Positions 35,582 through 45,059 of a stretch of DNA of 64,000 nucleotides are shown here, piece by piece. Both the position numbers and the translations under genes were made by a program. The notes beneath the pieces were generated by a model that made no database searches, was not told the origin of the DNA, and was given only the letters and a program-made list of their open reading frames with translations. Position 1 is the stretch's first letter. The number at the start of each line of letters is the position of its first letter. This DNA comes from a virus: the IMG/VR virus record IMGVR_UViG_3300023174_000061, one strand, 5' to 3'.

Positions 35582-36244
35582 TTGGCGATTTTTTACAACC
35601 CCCGCACGATTACTGACGGACTCGTATTAGCACTTGATGCTGCGAACAGAAAGTCTTATCCTGGGTCTGGAACCACTTGGACTGATTTGAGTGGTAGAGG
35701 TAATACAGGAACACTGACAAATGGACCGACTTATAGTAGTACAAATGGTGGGTCTATTGTTTTTGATGGGGTTGATGATTATATTGATTTAAATACTAAC
35801 AATATAATAACAGGAACAAATCCATTTACATTTGAGGCATTTTATACAATAACCAATACTTCAGTAAATGCAGAAATATTTGGTAATTATGGTCCTGGAT
35901 ATTCATTAAATACTATCTGGATTTCTGGTAGGTTTGGTGTATTTATTAATGGTTCAGTTCCATATTTTCAAGATCATCCATTAGGTGCTGGCACTTATCA
36001 TATGGCATTCACAAGAACTTCTACTGGAGATTGTATCTTATATAAGAATGGCATAGTAGATGGAACTGCAACAAGTACTACTAGTATTCCAGTAGGACAG
36101 AATTTTAGAATTGGTTCTGATGTATATCAAATTGCTGAACAATTTGGAGGAAATCTTTATAATCTAAAAGTTTACAATAGAGTGCTCACCGCAGCAGAAA
36201 TCTCACAAAACTTTAATGCTCTCCGTTCAAGGTTCTCAATATAA
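35582..36244 (+). CDS. LamG/ConA-like lectin-domain virion protein (paralogue 1)
   Basis: GLVLALDA..SYPGSGTTWTDLSG...FDGVDDY...YNRVLTAAEISQNFNA. TTG start after AGGAG. Confidence 0.85.
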   Translation: MAIFYNPRTITDGLVLALDAANRKSYPGSGTTWTDLSGRGNTGTLTNGPTYSSTNGGSIVFDGVDDYIDLNTNNIITGTNPFTFEAFYTITNTSVNAEIFGNYGPGYSLNTIWISGRFGVFINGSVPYFQDHPLGAGTYHMAFTRTSTGDCILYKNGIVDGTATSTTSIPVGQNFRIGSDVYQIAEQFGGNLYNLKVYNRVLTAAEISQNFNALRSRFSI

Positions 36245-36261
36245 ATATCTAAAAAACGATT

Positions 36262-36522
36262 ATGTACTCTGATAGAAACTTTCTTATTTTTCCAGTCACC
36301 GAACTACCAAAAGTAGATTTCTCTCAGGTGTGTGAGACTTCTATTGATACTGTGCGTAAGAGTACAGATGAAACCAAGACCTTTGTGAAATGGGATGGTG
36401 AGGTTCCTGCATTTGTTGTAGATATTGTAGGTGCCGAAGGACCTTATACTTATGAGGAGATTTTGGAGATTTTGAGTGGTGAGGAATGGTCTGCTCCTAT
36501 GCCTATGGAGGAAATTGTATAG
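36262..36522 (+). CDS. Small acidic hypothetical protein associated with the LamG genes
   Basis: VDFSQVCETS..TVRKS.DETKTFVKW; late promoter variants upstream. Confidence 0.7.
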   Translation: MYSDRNFLIFPVTELPKVDFSQVCETSIDTVRKSTDETKTFVKWDGEVPAFVVDIVGAEGPYTYEEILEILSGEEWSAPMPMEEIV

Positions 36523-37223
36523 TGGGATTAGCACACTCACCTTCAATAGTAATGAATGGACTTGTACTAGCACTGGATGCTGGGAATGTAAAAAGTTATC
36601 CTGGAAGTGGAACCACCTGGACTGATTTGAGTGGTAGAGGTAATACAGGAACACTGACAAATGGACCGACTTATAGTAGTACAAATGGTGGGTCTATTGT
36701 TTTTGATGGGGTTGATGATTATGGAACTATAGAAGCAAATTCAAGTTTCCAACTTGGGAATGGATATACATTATGTGCTTGGGTAAAGGCTAATAATAAT
36801 CCAGGAAATTATGCAGGAATATGTGGAACATTTGATGCAATTCCTTCTGCATATTTTGGGTCTAATTTTTCAATACAACCAAATACTCAAACATTTTATT
36901 TTTTAGTTGGAGGTTCATCTACTTATTATATACCAGCATTAACAACATATACAATAGGTCAATGGTATTATCTAATTGGTACTATTTCTGGAGCAGAGTG
37001 TAAATTTTATATAAATGGAACTTTGAACACTACTTACACTCAACCATCTGCTTCAAGTGCTCCTGGACCAACAACAAAATTTAAAATGGGTAGATATTAT
37101 CAAGATCTTGATGAGTTTTATTTTAATGGTAATATAGCAACTTGTAAGTTTTACAACAGAGCACTCTCCGCAGCAGAAATCTCACAAAACTTTAATGCTC
37201 TCCGTGGTCGTTATGGAATTTAA
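36522..37223 (+). CDS. LamG/ConA-like lectin-domain virion protein (paralogue 2)
   Basis: GTG start after GGAGG; same terminal motifs as paralogue 1. Confidence 0.85.
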   Translation: MGLAHSPSIVMNGLVLALDAGNVKSYPGSGTTWTDLSGRGNTGTLTNGPTYSSTNGGSIVFDGVDDYGTIEANSSFQLGNGYTLCAWVKANNNPGNYAGICGTFDAIPSAYFGSNFSIQPNTQTFYFLVGGSSTYYIPALTTYTIGQWYYLIGTISGAECKFYINGTLNTTYTQPSASSAPGPTTKFKMGRYYQDLDEFYFNGNIATCKFYNRALSAAEISQNFNALRGRYGI

Positions 37224-37237
37224 CAGAGGAAACTAAA

Positions 37238-37945
37238 ATGGGAGTATACGCAGGACCAGAAATATCAAGTGATGGATTAGTCCTTTCACTGGATGCTGGG
37301 AATGTAAAAAGTTATCCTGGAAGTGGAACCACCTGGACTGATTTGAGTGGTAGAGGTAATACAGGAACACTGACAAATGGACCGACTTATAGTAGTACAA
37401 ATGGTGGGTCTATTGTTTTTGATGGGGTTGATGATTATACATCAATATCAAACAATAGTTTATTATCTTTCGGCACAAATTCGTTTACTATTAATTTATG
37501 GATAACAAGAACAACTACAAATTCATTCAATCCAATTATAACAACATATAATAATTATAGTGGTGGATATTCTACATATTTTTATGCAGGAATATATAGT
37601 GCTTCTAATGTTTATGATACTGGATTTACTATCTTAACATCAGGTGGAAGTCATATTACAACTCTTTCAGCAATACCAATAACAAATAATGAATGGATTA
37701 ATGTTTCCGTAACAAGAAGTGGGGATAATATTACTCTCTATAGAAATGGAAGTTTTTATTCAACTGCATCTTCATCTGGTAATGATTGGTCTGGTACTGG
37801 AAGACCAACTTTGATAGGGGGTGGAGTTGCCGGTACAACTCCATTAAATGGAAACATATCACAAGTATCAGCATACAACAGAGCACTCTCAGCAACAGAA
37901 ATCCAACAAAACTTTAATGCTCTTAGGGCAAGATTTGGCATCTAA
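37238..37945 (+). CDS. LamG/ConA-like lectin-domain virion protein (paralogue 3)
   Basis: Same terminal motifs as paralogues 1 and 2. Confidence 0.85.
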   Translation: MGVYAGPEISSDGLVLSLDAGNVKSYPGSGTTWTDLSGRGNTGTLTNGPTYSSTNGGSIVFDGVDDYTSISNNSLLSFGTNSFTINLWITRTTTNSFNPIITTYNNYSGGYSTYFYAGIYSASNVYDTGFTILTSGGSHITTLSAIPITNNEWINVSVTRSGDNITLYRNGSFYSTASSSGNDWSGTGRPTLIGGGVAGTTPLNGNISQVSAYNRALSATEIQQNFNALRARFGI

Positions 37946-37968
37946 ATAATCATAAGTCGCAGGTACTT

Positions 37969-38340
37969 ATGGTTCCTCTACATTCGTTTAAGGACTATCT
38001 GTTTAATTTAGAAACGACCAGTAAAGCAGAAGCAAAACGAATGTGGAGGCAGAATATAAAAGAACAATGGGAACATAAGTGTGCCTATTGTAATTCAGAA
38101 GACAATATCACACTGGATCATATTATTCCCCAATGTAAAGGTGGACTAGATATTAAAACGAATGTAGTTGCTTGTTGTCATTCTTGCAATCAATCCAAGG
38201 GGCATACTCCTTGGGAGATTTGGTATTACCAACAAGAATTCTTTACAGAAACAAAAAGAAATGCTATAGTAAAATGGATGAAACCAGAAGAAAATTCAAA
38301 TCTATATAAGTATAGACCAAGAAGAAATAATGCATCTTAA
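37969..38340 (+). CDS. HNH endonuclease
   Basis: CAYC...TLDHIIP..KGG....NVVACCHSCNQSKG. Confidence 0.9.
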   Translation: MVPLHSFKDYLFNLETTSKAEAKRMWRQNIKEQWEHKCAYCNSEDNITLDHIIPQCKGGLDIKTNVVACCHSCNQSKGHTPWEIWYYQQEFFTETKRNAIVKWMKPEENSNLYKYRPRRNNAS

Positions 38341-38437
38341 AATTTATGGATGATGGTAGTATCTACCCCATTGCAGCAAATGTAATGGGGACTTTAATTT
38401 CATTTTTAATAATTTTTATACCCTTATTAATAATTTT

Positions 38438-38686
38438 ATGAATTTTACAGTTTATTCAAAAAAAGGTTGTCCTTATTGTGACAAGATTAAAATGGTTCTG
38501 GGTGATTTGAGTGTCAAAAAAGGATACCCAGTTATTTGTTATGAACTTGGAACTGAATTCACAAGAGAACAGTTCTATGCTGAATTTGGTGAAGGTTCTA
38601 CATTTCCACAAGTTGTTTTTGATAAAAAAAATATTGGTGGATGTAGTGATACCGTGAAGTACTTACAAGAGAACAATATGTTTTAA
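38438..38686 (+). CDS. nrdC: Glutaredoxin
   Basis: CPYC, TFPQV and IGG motifs. Confidence 0.9.
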   Translation: MNFTVYSKKGCPYCDKIKMVLGDLSVKKGYPVICYELGTEFTREQFYAEFGEGSTFPQVVFDKKNIGGCSDTVKYLQENNMF

Positions 38687-38871
38687 TGAGTACTATAAAT
38701 AATTCTGGAAGAACAGACATCAATCGTGGTGTTGAGTTACTACTTCGCAAAAAAGGAGGGACAAATCAACCAGAATTGGATTTTAGACAGTTCAGTTTTG
38801 GAAAAATGTTTTCTCTTTTTAAACGAGAGATACATTTTAAAATTGAACTAAGAGTGGAAAAGAAAACGTAA
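38686..38871 (+). CDS. Hypothetical protein
   Basis: Translationally coupled ORF (INRGVELLLR). Confidence 0.6.
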   Translation: MSTINNSGRTDINRGVELLLRKKGGTNQPELDFRQFSFGKMFSLFKREIHFKIELRVEKKT

Positions 38872-38888
38872 TCTCTTGGAGAAAAAAA

Positions 38889-39119
38889 ATGTTAGCATCA
38901 GAACTCACCATTTTTACTATATTAACTTTTTTATTTTTACTTGTGGGTGGAGTAATAGGTTGGCTAACGAAGTCTCACTTGTATGAAAATCAAGTTAGAC
39001 AATTTTACACTCATCCAGAAATGTTTGATGAGAACGGTAATCTTATACCAGATGAAATTTTAGCAGTACGATTTGAAAATTATGACGACGACAACGACGA
39101 AGAAGAAGACAGAGACTGA
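38889..39119 (+). CDS. Small membrane protein
   Basis: N-terminal TM segment, HPEMFDENG motif and acidic tail. Confidence 0.7.
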   Translation: MLASELTIFTILTFLFLLVGGVIGWLTKSHLYENQVRQFYTHPEMFDENGNLIPDEILAVRFENYDDDNDEEEDRD

Positions 39120-39660
39120 ACTAGAAATTCTGCCTACAAATCCATTTGTATTTGAAATTCTTGCTCTTGCTTCAAAGCAAAGAACAAAGGCAAAGAAAGT
39201 AGAAGTTCTTAAAACATACGAACACGATTCATTAAAAGCAATTTTTATTTGGAATTTTGATGAGACTGTACTGTCTGTTTTGCCAGAAGGTGATATTCCT
39301 TACGCAAATCTTAAAGAAGATTTTAAAGTAACTGGAAATCTTTCTGATAGAGTAAAACAGGAAGTTGAGACTATGGAGCATCATTCCACTACCTCAATGG
39401 GTACAACTCAAGATAGAAGTGGTAAAACAACACTTCGTAGAGAATTTACAATGCTTTATAATTTTGTACGAGGAGGTAATGATACTTTAACTTCTATTCG
39501 TAGAGAAATGATGTTTATTAATATGCTTGAGGGACTTCATCCTTTGGAAGCAGAAATTGTTTGTCTCGTAAAAGATAAAAAACTTGAAAGTAAATATAAA
39601 ATCAATAAGGACATTGTTTCAGAAGCATATTCTGATATTGTTTGGGGAAATAGAGGTTGA
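39082..39660 (+). CDS. Conserved T4-like cyanophage hypothetical protein
   Basis: WNFD...LPEG.....RREMMFINMLEGLHPLEAE. Confidence 0.75.
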   Translation: MTTTTTKKKTETELEILPTNPFVFEILALASKQRTKAKKVEVLKTYEHDSLKAIFIWNFDETVLSVLPEGDIPYANLKEDFKVTGNLSDRVKQEVETMEHHSTTSMGTTQDRSGKTTLRREFTMLYNFVRGGNDTLTSIRREMMFINMLEGLHPLEAEIVCLVKDKKLESKYKINKDIVSEAYSDIVWGNRG

Positions 39661-39935
39661 AAACTGGAGGAAAAGTATTGAATATTATACATAAAGACTG
39701 CGATAAATCATTATCAAAAGATAAAAGTCTTCCTGTTAATTCTTATCTTGTGACGTATCTTGTAAAAGATATAGAAAAATATGATATAGTACAAGCAGGT
39801 GGTAAGGTAGAAATTTTTGATAATTATTATGATGAATATGGAAAAGGAGCATTAAAAGAAATTAAATGGACTGACGGAAAAGTAAGTCCAAAAGTTTATG
39901 GATATGTTCCAAAAGAAACAAAACGAAGAAAATAG
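39657..39935 (+). CDS. Hypothetical protein
   Basis: LPVNSYLV...YDIV...IFDNYYD.Y pattern. Confidence 0.65.
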   Translation: MKTGGKVLNIIHKDCDKSLSKDKSLPVNSYLVTYLVKDIEKYDIVQAGGKVEIFDNYYDEYGKGALKEIKWTDGKVSPKVYGYVPKETKRRK

Positions 39936-39948
39936 TATCAAATGTTAC
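39935..39948 (+). promoter_or_regulatory. Putative NtcA box
   Basis: GTA-TCAAATGT-TAC (GTA-N8-TAC), ~25 nt upstream of the glutamine riboswitch. Confidence 0.55.
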
Positions 39949-39970
39949 AAAATTAGTTGTATATATATTT

Positions 39971-40026
39971 GACGTTCATTTGCTATTTGCGAATAGCAAA
40001 CGGAAGTAGGAATACCGAAGGAACGC
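39971..40026 (+). ncRNA. Glutamine riboswitch (glnA RNA motif)
   Basis: P1 CGTTC/GAACG; P2 TTTGCTATT/AATAGCAAA; E-loop GGAAGTA-GG..CC-GAAG. Confidence 0.85.
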
Positions 40027-40057
40027 ACCAATACCCACAAAGTAAAGGAGCACTCCA

Positions 40058-40156
40058 ATGAAAACAAAAAACAACTGGCAACTTATTTTAATCAAGCAAC
40101 AAAAAGAAAAAGAACAACGCAAACATCAAGCAAAACTTGCAATGGCAATGCGATAA
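40058..40156 (+). CDS. 32-aa basic peptide under the glutamine riboswitch
   Basis: AAGGAG RBS; MKTKNNWQLILIKQQKEKEQRKHQAKLAMAMR; followed by a terminator. Confidence 0.7.
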   Translation: MKTKNNWQLILIKQQKEKEQRKHQAKLAMAMR

Positions 40157-40160
40157 TACC

Positions 40161-40199
40161 AAGGGGGGAATTGACTTCTCCCCTTTTTTTGTGTAGAAT
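40161..40199 (+). terminator. Terminator overlapping a sigma70 promoter (TTGACT-N17-TAGAAT)
   Basis: GGGGGGAA..TTCTCCCC-T7. Confidence 0.7.
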
Positions 40200-40220
40200 A
40201 ACTGAAGATAACTTTATAAT

Positions 40221-40376
40221 ATGGATAGAGAGAAAGTTAAATTGATTATAAGGAATATGGAACTGCTTTTGGATTCTTTGAAGGCAGAGATATATACAGA
40301 CGTTCAAGCACATAAAGTAAAGAGTGATCAACGAATTATTGATTACGATGAAGTATTTGAGGATAATGATGACTAG
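40221..40376 (+). CDS. Small hypothetical protein (51 aa)
   Basis: MDREKVKLIIRNMELLLDSLKAEIY...DYDEVFED. Confidence 0.65.
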   Translation: MDREKVKLIIRNMELLLDSLKAEIYTDVQAHKVKSDQRIIDYDEVFEDNDD

Positions 40377-40533
40377 CAGATCAAAACAATTGGTTAAACT
40401 ACTTAAAAAATTAATCAAACAGGAACATTTGTATTCAGATAAACAACTGAAAGAAATGAAATCACAATTAAGAGTTGTGGAAAATGAACTTGTCGAATTG
40501 GAAAAACTTACATCAAAAGGATTTGGAAAATGA
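40366..40533 (+). CDS. Small hypothetical coiled-coil protein
   Basis: Ends SKGFGK and is coupled to thyX. Confidence 0.6.
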   Translation: MMTSRSKQLVKLLKKLIKQEHLYSDKQLKEMKSQLRVVENELVELEKLTSKGFGK

Positions 40534-41219
40534 AACCAGAAGTTAAATTTATTTCTGCAACACCAGATGCAGAGAAGCAAATTGCATATTGTGCTCGTGT
40601 AAGTAATCCAAAAAATCAAGAGAACGATAATTTTCAAGGATTGCTTAAATATTGTATCAAGAACCAACATTGGAGCATCTTTGAACATGCATTCCTTACA
40701 GTTGAAATTAATACCTCGTTGGCGATTGCTACGCAAATCTTGCGTCATAGGTCTTTCACGTTCCAACAATTCAGTCAAAGATATGCCGATAGTACAGAAT
40801 TACAAGTTGAACTTCCTGTACCTGATCTTAGGAGACAAGATACAAAAAATAGACAAAATAGTACAGACAATCTTGACTATAACGTAAAAGTAAATCTTCA
40901 AGAGAGAATTGGAAAACATTTCGAACGTTCTCTTTCTCTTTATAATGAGATGCTAGAAAAAGGTGTAGCAAAGGAATGTGCTAGATTTGTGCTTCCACAG
41001 GCAACACAGACCCGTCTCTATATGTCTGGATCTCTAAGATCATGGATGCACTACATCGACCTTCGTAGTGCTCACGGCACCCAGAAGGAGCATATGGAGG
41101 TTGCAGAAGCAATCCGTTGTATCTTTACTTGTCATTTTCCTACAATCTCTTCTGCTCTTGGATGGGGTAGGGAAAACTGTCCTGATTGTGAAGATGCACC
41201 GTCTGTTACATTGGAATAA
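40530..41219 (+). CDS. thyX: Flavin-dependent thymidylate synthase
   Basis: HWSIFEH, RHRSFTFQQFSQRY, ARFVLP. Confidence 0.96.
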   Translation: MKPEVKFISATPDAEKQIAYCARVSNPKNQENDNFQGLLKYCIKNQHWSIFEHAFLTVEINTSLAIATQILRHRSFTFQQFSQRYADSTELQVELPVPDLRRQDTKNRQNSTDNLDYNVKVNLQERIGKHFERSLSLYNEMLEKGVAKECARFVLPQATQTRLYMSGSLRSWMHYIDLRSAHGTQKEHMEVAEAIRCIFTCHFPTISSALGWGRENCPDCEDAPSVTLE

Positions 41220-41243
41220 ATAATTTTACATATTATTAAAATA

Positions 41244-41483
41244 ATGCCAACTTATCGATTCGAAAATACAGAAACTGGTGAAATCTTTGAAAAATGGATG
41301 TATATGGCGGAAAAAGAACCTTTCCTTCAAGAAAATCCAAATATCAAACCACTCATCCCCACACAAATGAATGTTGGGGAGGTTGGTGATTTATTGAGTA
41401 GACACGTTAGAAGAAACCCTGGGTGGAATGATGTTCTACACAAGGTTTCAAAAGTTCCTGGAGCAAACGTAAAACCAATTTAA
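41244..41483 (+). CDS. Conserved small protein (FmdB-like N-terminus)
   Basis: MPTYRF...TGE.FE...GWNDVL. Confidence 0.7.
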   Translation: MPTYRFENTETGEIFEKWMYMAEKEPFLQENPNIKPLIPTQMNVGEVGDLLSRHVRRNPGWNDVLHKVSKVPGANVKPI

Positions 41484-41485
41484 CT

Positions 41486-42244
41486 ATGACAAGAAAAAGA
41501 AGGAGCAATGATAACCACCCAATTGGAGTTGGTTTAACGACTAGACAAACAAAGAAAAAGAAACCAATTAGTAGTGAATATTTGGTTGATGTTGAACCTC
41601 TTACAGAAAATCAAAGGAAACTTTTTGAAGCATACAAAGAAGGTAAGCATTTAGTTGCTTATGGTGCTGCTGGTACAGGTAAGACATTTATCACTCTTTA
41701 TAATGCACTTCGAGATGTATTTGATGAGACAACACCATACGAACAAATCTATGTGGTTCGTTCTCTTGTAGCAACTCGTGAGATTGGTTTTCTTCCAGGA
41801 GATCACGATGATAAGTCTGCTCTTTATCAAATTCCTTATAAGAATATGGTAAAGTATATGTTTCAAATGCCGAGTGATGCTGACTTTGAGATGCTTTATG
41901 GTAATCTTAAATCTCAGGAAACTGTAAAGTTTTGGAGTACATCTTTCATTCGTGGTACAACACTTGATAATTCAATCATCATTATTGATGAAATGCAGAA
42001 CCTTAATTTTCATGAATTGGATTCTATCATCACTCGTGTTGGTGAAAATAGTAGAATTTGTTTCTGTGGTGATGCAACTCAATCTGATTTGGTAAAAGGA
42101 AATGAAAGGAATGGTATTGTTGACTTTATGAATATTTTGAGAAAAATGGATTCATTTGAATTGGTCGAATTTGGTGTTGATGATATTGTTCGTTCAGGAC
42201 TTGTGAAAGAGTATATTATTGCAAAACTTGAACTTGGATTGTGA
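41486..42244 (+). CDS. phoH: PhoH-family ATPase
   Basis: GAAGTGKT, IGFLPG, FIRGTT, IIDEMQN, GDATQSD. Confidence 0.95.
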   Translation: MTRKRRSNDNHPIGVGLTTRQTKKKKPISSEYLVDVEPLTENQRKLFEAYKEGKHLVAYGAAGTGKTFITLYNALRDVFDETTPYEQIYVVRSLVATREIGFLPGDHDDKSALYQIPYKNMVKYMFQMPSDADFEMLYGNLKSQETVKFWSTSFIRGTTLDNSIIIIDEMQNLNFHELDSIITRVGENSRICFCGDATQSDLVKGNERNGIVDFMNILRKMDSFELVEFGVDDIVRSGLVKEYIIAKLELGL

Positions 42245-42921
42245 TGTTTAACTATGTGGATTTAGATCTCCCTCAATTAGAGAGGGAGACTATAGATGGG
42301 GTTCGTTATTATAAGGTTCCCAATGAAGATGAGTTAATTAAACTGGTTTCCATTACTTCTGTAACCAGTCATAAGAACCGTCAGTTCTTTGCTGATTGGA
42401 GAAAGAAAGTAGGAGAAGAAAAGGCAAACAAAATTACAAAGCAAGCAACCAGTCGTGGGACTGATATGCATACACTTGCTGAAATGTATTTGAAGAATGA
42501 AGAATTTAATTCTGAGGTTCTTCCAATTTCGCAAATGTTATTTGGAATTGCGAAACCTTATTTGAATAAGATAAATAATATTCACGCACTTGAAAATTCT
42601 TTGTATAGCAAAGTTTTAGGCATTGCGGGAACTGTTGATTGTATTGCAGAATACGATGGTGAATTAGCAGTTATTGACTTTAAGACTTCTAAGAAACCAA
42701 AACCAAGAGATTGGATCGAACATTATTTCGTTCAATGTGCTGCCTATGCTTGCATGTTGTATGAAATGACTGGTATAATGGTAAAGAAATTTGTAATTAT
42801 AATGGCCTGTGAAAATGGAGAATGTGAAATTTATGAAGAATACGACAAAGGAAAGTACATCAAGTTACTCACCGAATATATTAGAGAATTTGTTAGAGAT
42901 AAACTTCAGCAATATGAATGA
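42244..42921 (+). CDS. Cas4-like PD-(D/E)XK exonuclease
   Basis: SITSV, RGTDMH, AGTVDC, IDFKTS, Q..AYA. Confidence 0.88.
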   Translation: MFNYVDLDLPQLERETIDGVRYYKVPNEDELIKLVSITSVTSHKNRQFFADWRKKVGEEKANKITKQATSRGTDMHTLAEMYLKNEEFNSEVLPISQMLFGIAKPYLNKINNIHALENSLYSKVLGIAGTVDCIAEYDGELAVIDFKTSKKPKPRDWIEHYFVQCAAYACMLYEMTGIMVKKFVIIMACENGECEIYEEYDKGKYIKLLTEYIREFVRDKLQQYE

Positions 42922-43168
42922 TAAACTAAAGGAAGAATTAGACAGCAAATTTTTATGTCCTCAGAAATTTGCTCAGGACATAGAAAGTCTTGTGAAAGAA
43001 TGTAAAATCAATTATATTGATGCAATCGTCACATATTGTGAAGAGAATAGTATTGAAATTGATAGTATATCAAAATTAGTTTCTAAACCATTGAAAGAGA
43101 AACTTAAGAATGATGCAACTGAATTGAATTTTTTAAAGAAAACTACTCGTGCTAAATTGCCTCTGTGA
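42914..43168 (+). CDS. gp33: Late transcription coactivator gp33
   Basis: YIDAIV.YCEEN.IE...LKEKL...A.ELNFL; syntenic with genes 59 and 32. Confidence 0.88.
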   Translation: MNDKLKEELDSKFLCPQKFAQDIESLVKECKINYIDAIVTYCEENSIEIDSISKLVSKPLKEKLKNDATELNFLKKTTRAKLPL

Positions 43169-43755
43169 CACCCTTTGATGTATATAAAACTTACTTAGCA
43201 TTCAAAAATCATTTCACAAAAGAAAATTACGATTACTTTAAGTATTGTGGAAAGTCCAGAGCATCTCTGGACTCTTTTCATAAGAGGAAGGATAGGTATT
43301 TCTTTGAACGAACTTCTAGACAGAAGAATGATGAAGAAATCAAAGCATATTTTGTAGCAAACTTTGCCGAGTGTAATGATACTCAATCTTTGTGGATTGG
43401 TGAAATCATTGAAAATGGAGAACAAATTTATACAAATTGGTTAAAGAAATCTCAAAGTCTTTTTTACTTATTCAAAACAGAAGCAGAAGTCTTTATAAAC
43501 AAAGATAGTTTTGTAGAATTATTTGAGATTAAAAACAATCAACACCCAGAAATTCTTAAAAAGTATTTTCAAGGAGCAATTAGTTTAGAGAGTATGGTAA
43601 TTTTGGATATGATACTGGGTTATGTGAAAAAGTTTGATAAGAAACTAACAGACCCAGTGTGGGAAACCGTCAGTTTAAGAATTCGAAAGTATCAACCATT
43701 CCTAAATATTGACGTAGCAAAGTATAAAGAAATTCTCAAGGAGATTGTTTTATGA
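43165..43755 (+). CDS. gp59: Helicase loader gp59
   Basis: YL..KNHF....YDYFKY.G...F.KRKDRYFF. Confidence 0.9.
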   Translation: MTPFDVYKTYLAFKNHFTKENYDYFKYCGKSRASLDSFHKRKDRYFFERTSRQKNDEEIKAYFVANFAECNDTQSLWIGEIIENGEQIYTNWLKKSQSLFYLFKTEAEVFINKDSFVELFEIKNNQHPEILKKYFQGAISLESMVILDMILGYVKKFDKKLTDPVWETVSLRIRKYQPFLNIDVAKYKEILKEIVL

Positions 43756-44084
43756 GTGGATTTTTTGATTCAGAACAAGTCAGAGAATCTTTGTTTGAAC
43801 TTGATGAACTTCAGCATAAACTTTTTAGTGAATTGATGGAAATTCCTTTTTCTGATAAAGATAAAAAAAGGGATCATCTAGAAACAATGAAACAATTTTT
43901 GGAAAAACAAAAAGTTTTTATTTTTAGAATGTCTCTATCTGATGACCCAGAAGCAGTAGAAATGAGAAATCGAATTCTTGATTCTGCTTTACTGTTTGGG
44001 TTAGAACCAGGAGATGATATCAATACGTTTTTTGCGAAGATGGAAGAGTCAATTGAAAAACTTGAAAAGTCCCTTGACGACTGA
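43752..44084 (+). CDS. DUF1825-like cyanobacterial/cyanophage protein
   Basis: FFDSEQV...EKQKVF..R.SLSDDPEA. Confidence 0.75.
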   Translation: MSGFFDSEQVRESLFELDELQHKLFSELMEIPFSDKDKKRDHLETMKQFLEKQKVFIFRMSLSDDPEAVEMRNRILDSALLFGLEPGDDINTFFAKMEESIEKLEKSLDD

Positions 44085-44146
44085 CCTTATACCTGCTATA
44101 CTTAATATGTACAATACTCTCAATACTACTAATACGGAGAATACAA

Positions 44147-45052
44147 ATGTCTTTTGCTGATCTTAAAAAGCAATCCAAGATGGGTTCTTTGACTGAAAAA
44201 CTCATCAAACAAGTTGAAAAATTGAATGATACTGGTTCCAAAGATGACGAACGTTTTTGGAAACCTGTAATGGATAAGGGTGGTACTGGTTCCGCAATCA
44301 TTCGTTTCCTTCCTGCACCAGAGGGTTGTGATCTGCCTTGGGTTCAAGTTTGGTCTCACGCATTTCAATCAAATGGAAAATGGATGATTGATAATTGCCT
44401 CACTACTTTGGGACAAAACTGTCCTGTATGTGAAGCAAACCGTGAACTTTGGAATACTGGTAGTAAGGATAATCAAAATATTGTTCGTGATCGTAAGCGT
44501 AAACTTTCTTATTTCTCAAACATCTATGTTGTAAAAGATCCTGCTAATCCTGCTAATGAAGGACGAGTGTTCCTTTATAAGTTCGGTAAGAAAATCTTTG
44601 ATAAGATTATGGCTTCTATGCAACCAGAGTTTGATGATGAAGAACCAATCAATCCTTTTGATTTCTGGAAGGGTGCTAACTTCAAACTGAAGTTGGTGAA
44701 GAAAGATGGTTATTGGAACTATGATAAGTCCGAGTTTGCACCATCTTCTGCTCTTCTTGAAGACGATGATGAATTGGAAACAATCTATAAATCACTCAGT
44801 AATTTGAATGATTTTATTGCTCCAAATGAGTTCAAGTCTTATGAAGATTTGAAGAAGCGTCTTGATTACACTCTTGGTCTCAAAGGAACTCCTAAGTACC
44901 AAGATCCCGAGACGATTGGTGAAGAGGAAGAGGTTGAAGTTTCACGTTCTGTGAATGAAACTGTTTCAGTTCGTCCTTCTGCTTCTGATGATGATGGTGA
45001 AGAGGATGGGGATGATACTCTTGCATATTTTGCTCGTTTAGCAGCAGAATAA
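44147..45052 (+). CDS. gp32: Single-stranded DNA-binding protein gp32
   Basis: DERFW, IRFLP, CPVCE, YKFGKKIFDKI and acidic tail. Confidence 0.96.
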   Translation: MSFADLKKQSKMGSLTEKLIKQVEKLNDTGSKDDERFWKPVMDKGGTGSAIIRFLPAPEGCDLPWVQVWSHAFQSNGKWMIDNCLTTLGQNCPVCEANRELWNTGSKDNQNIVRDRKRKLSYFSNIYVVKDPANPANEGRVFLYKFGKKIFDKIMASMQPEFDDEEPINPFDFWKGANFKLKLVKKDGYWNYDKSEFAPSSALLEDDDELETIYKSLSNLNDFIAPNEFKSYEDLKKRLDYTLGLKGTPKYQDPETIGEEEEVEVSRSVNETVSVRPSASDDDGEEDGDDTLAYFARLAAE

Positions 45053-45059
45053 ATAGTAA

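Larger units (their letters stand above)
35678..37438 (+). repeat. Three identical 105-bp direct repeats (35678-35782, 36618-36722, 37334-37438)
   Basis: TGGACTGATTTGAG...GTTGATGATTAT is identical in all three. Copies 2 and 3 are identical over 152 bp. Confidence 0.9.

Noticed and set aside
35582-37945. Diversity-generating retroelement acting on the LamG genes
   Set aside because: No reverse transcriptase is in the window, and the repeats are identical rather than differing at adenines.
40092-40778. 228-aa minus-strand ORF and many other short antisense ORFs in the track
   Set aside because: They are shadows of well-supported opposite-strand genes and have no recognisable motifs.
42244-42921. 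Cas4-like gene as evidence of a CRISPR system
   Set aside because: No repeat-spacer array or other cas genes are in the window. It is a standard T4-like cyanophage exonuclease between phoH and gene 33.
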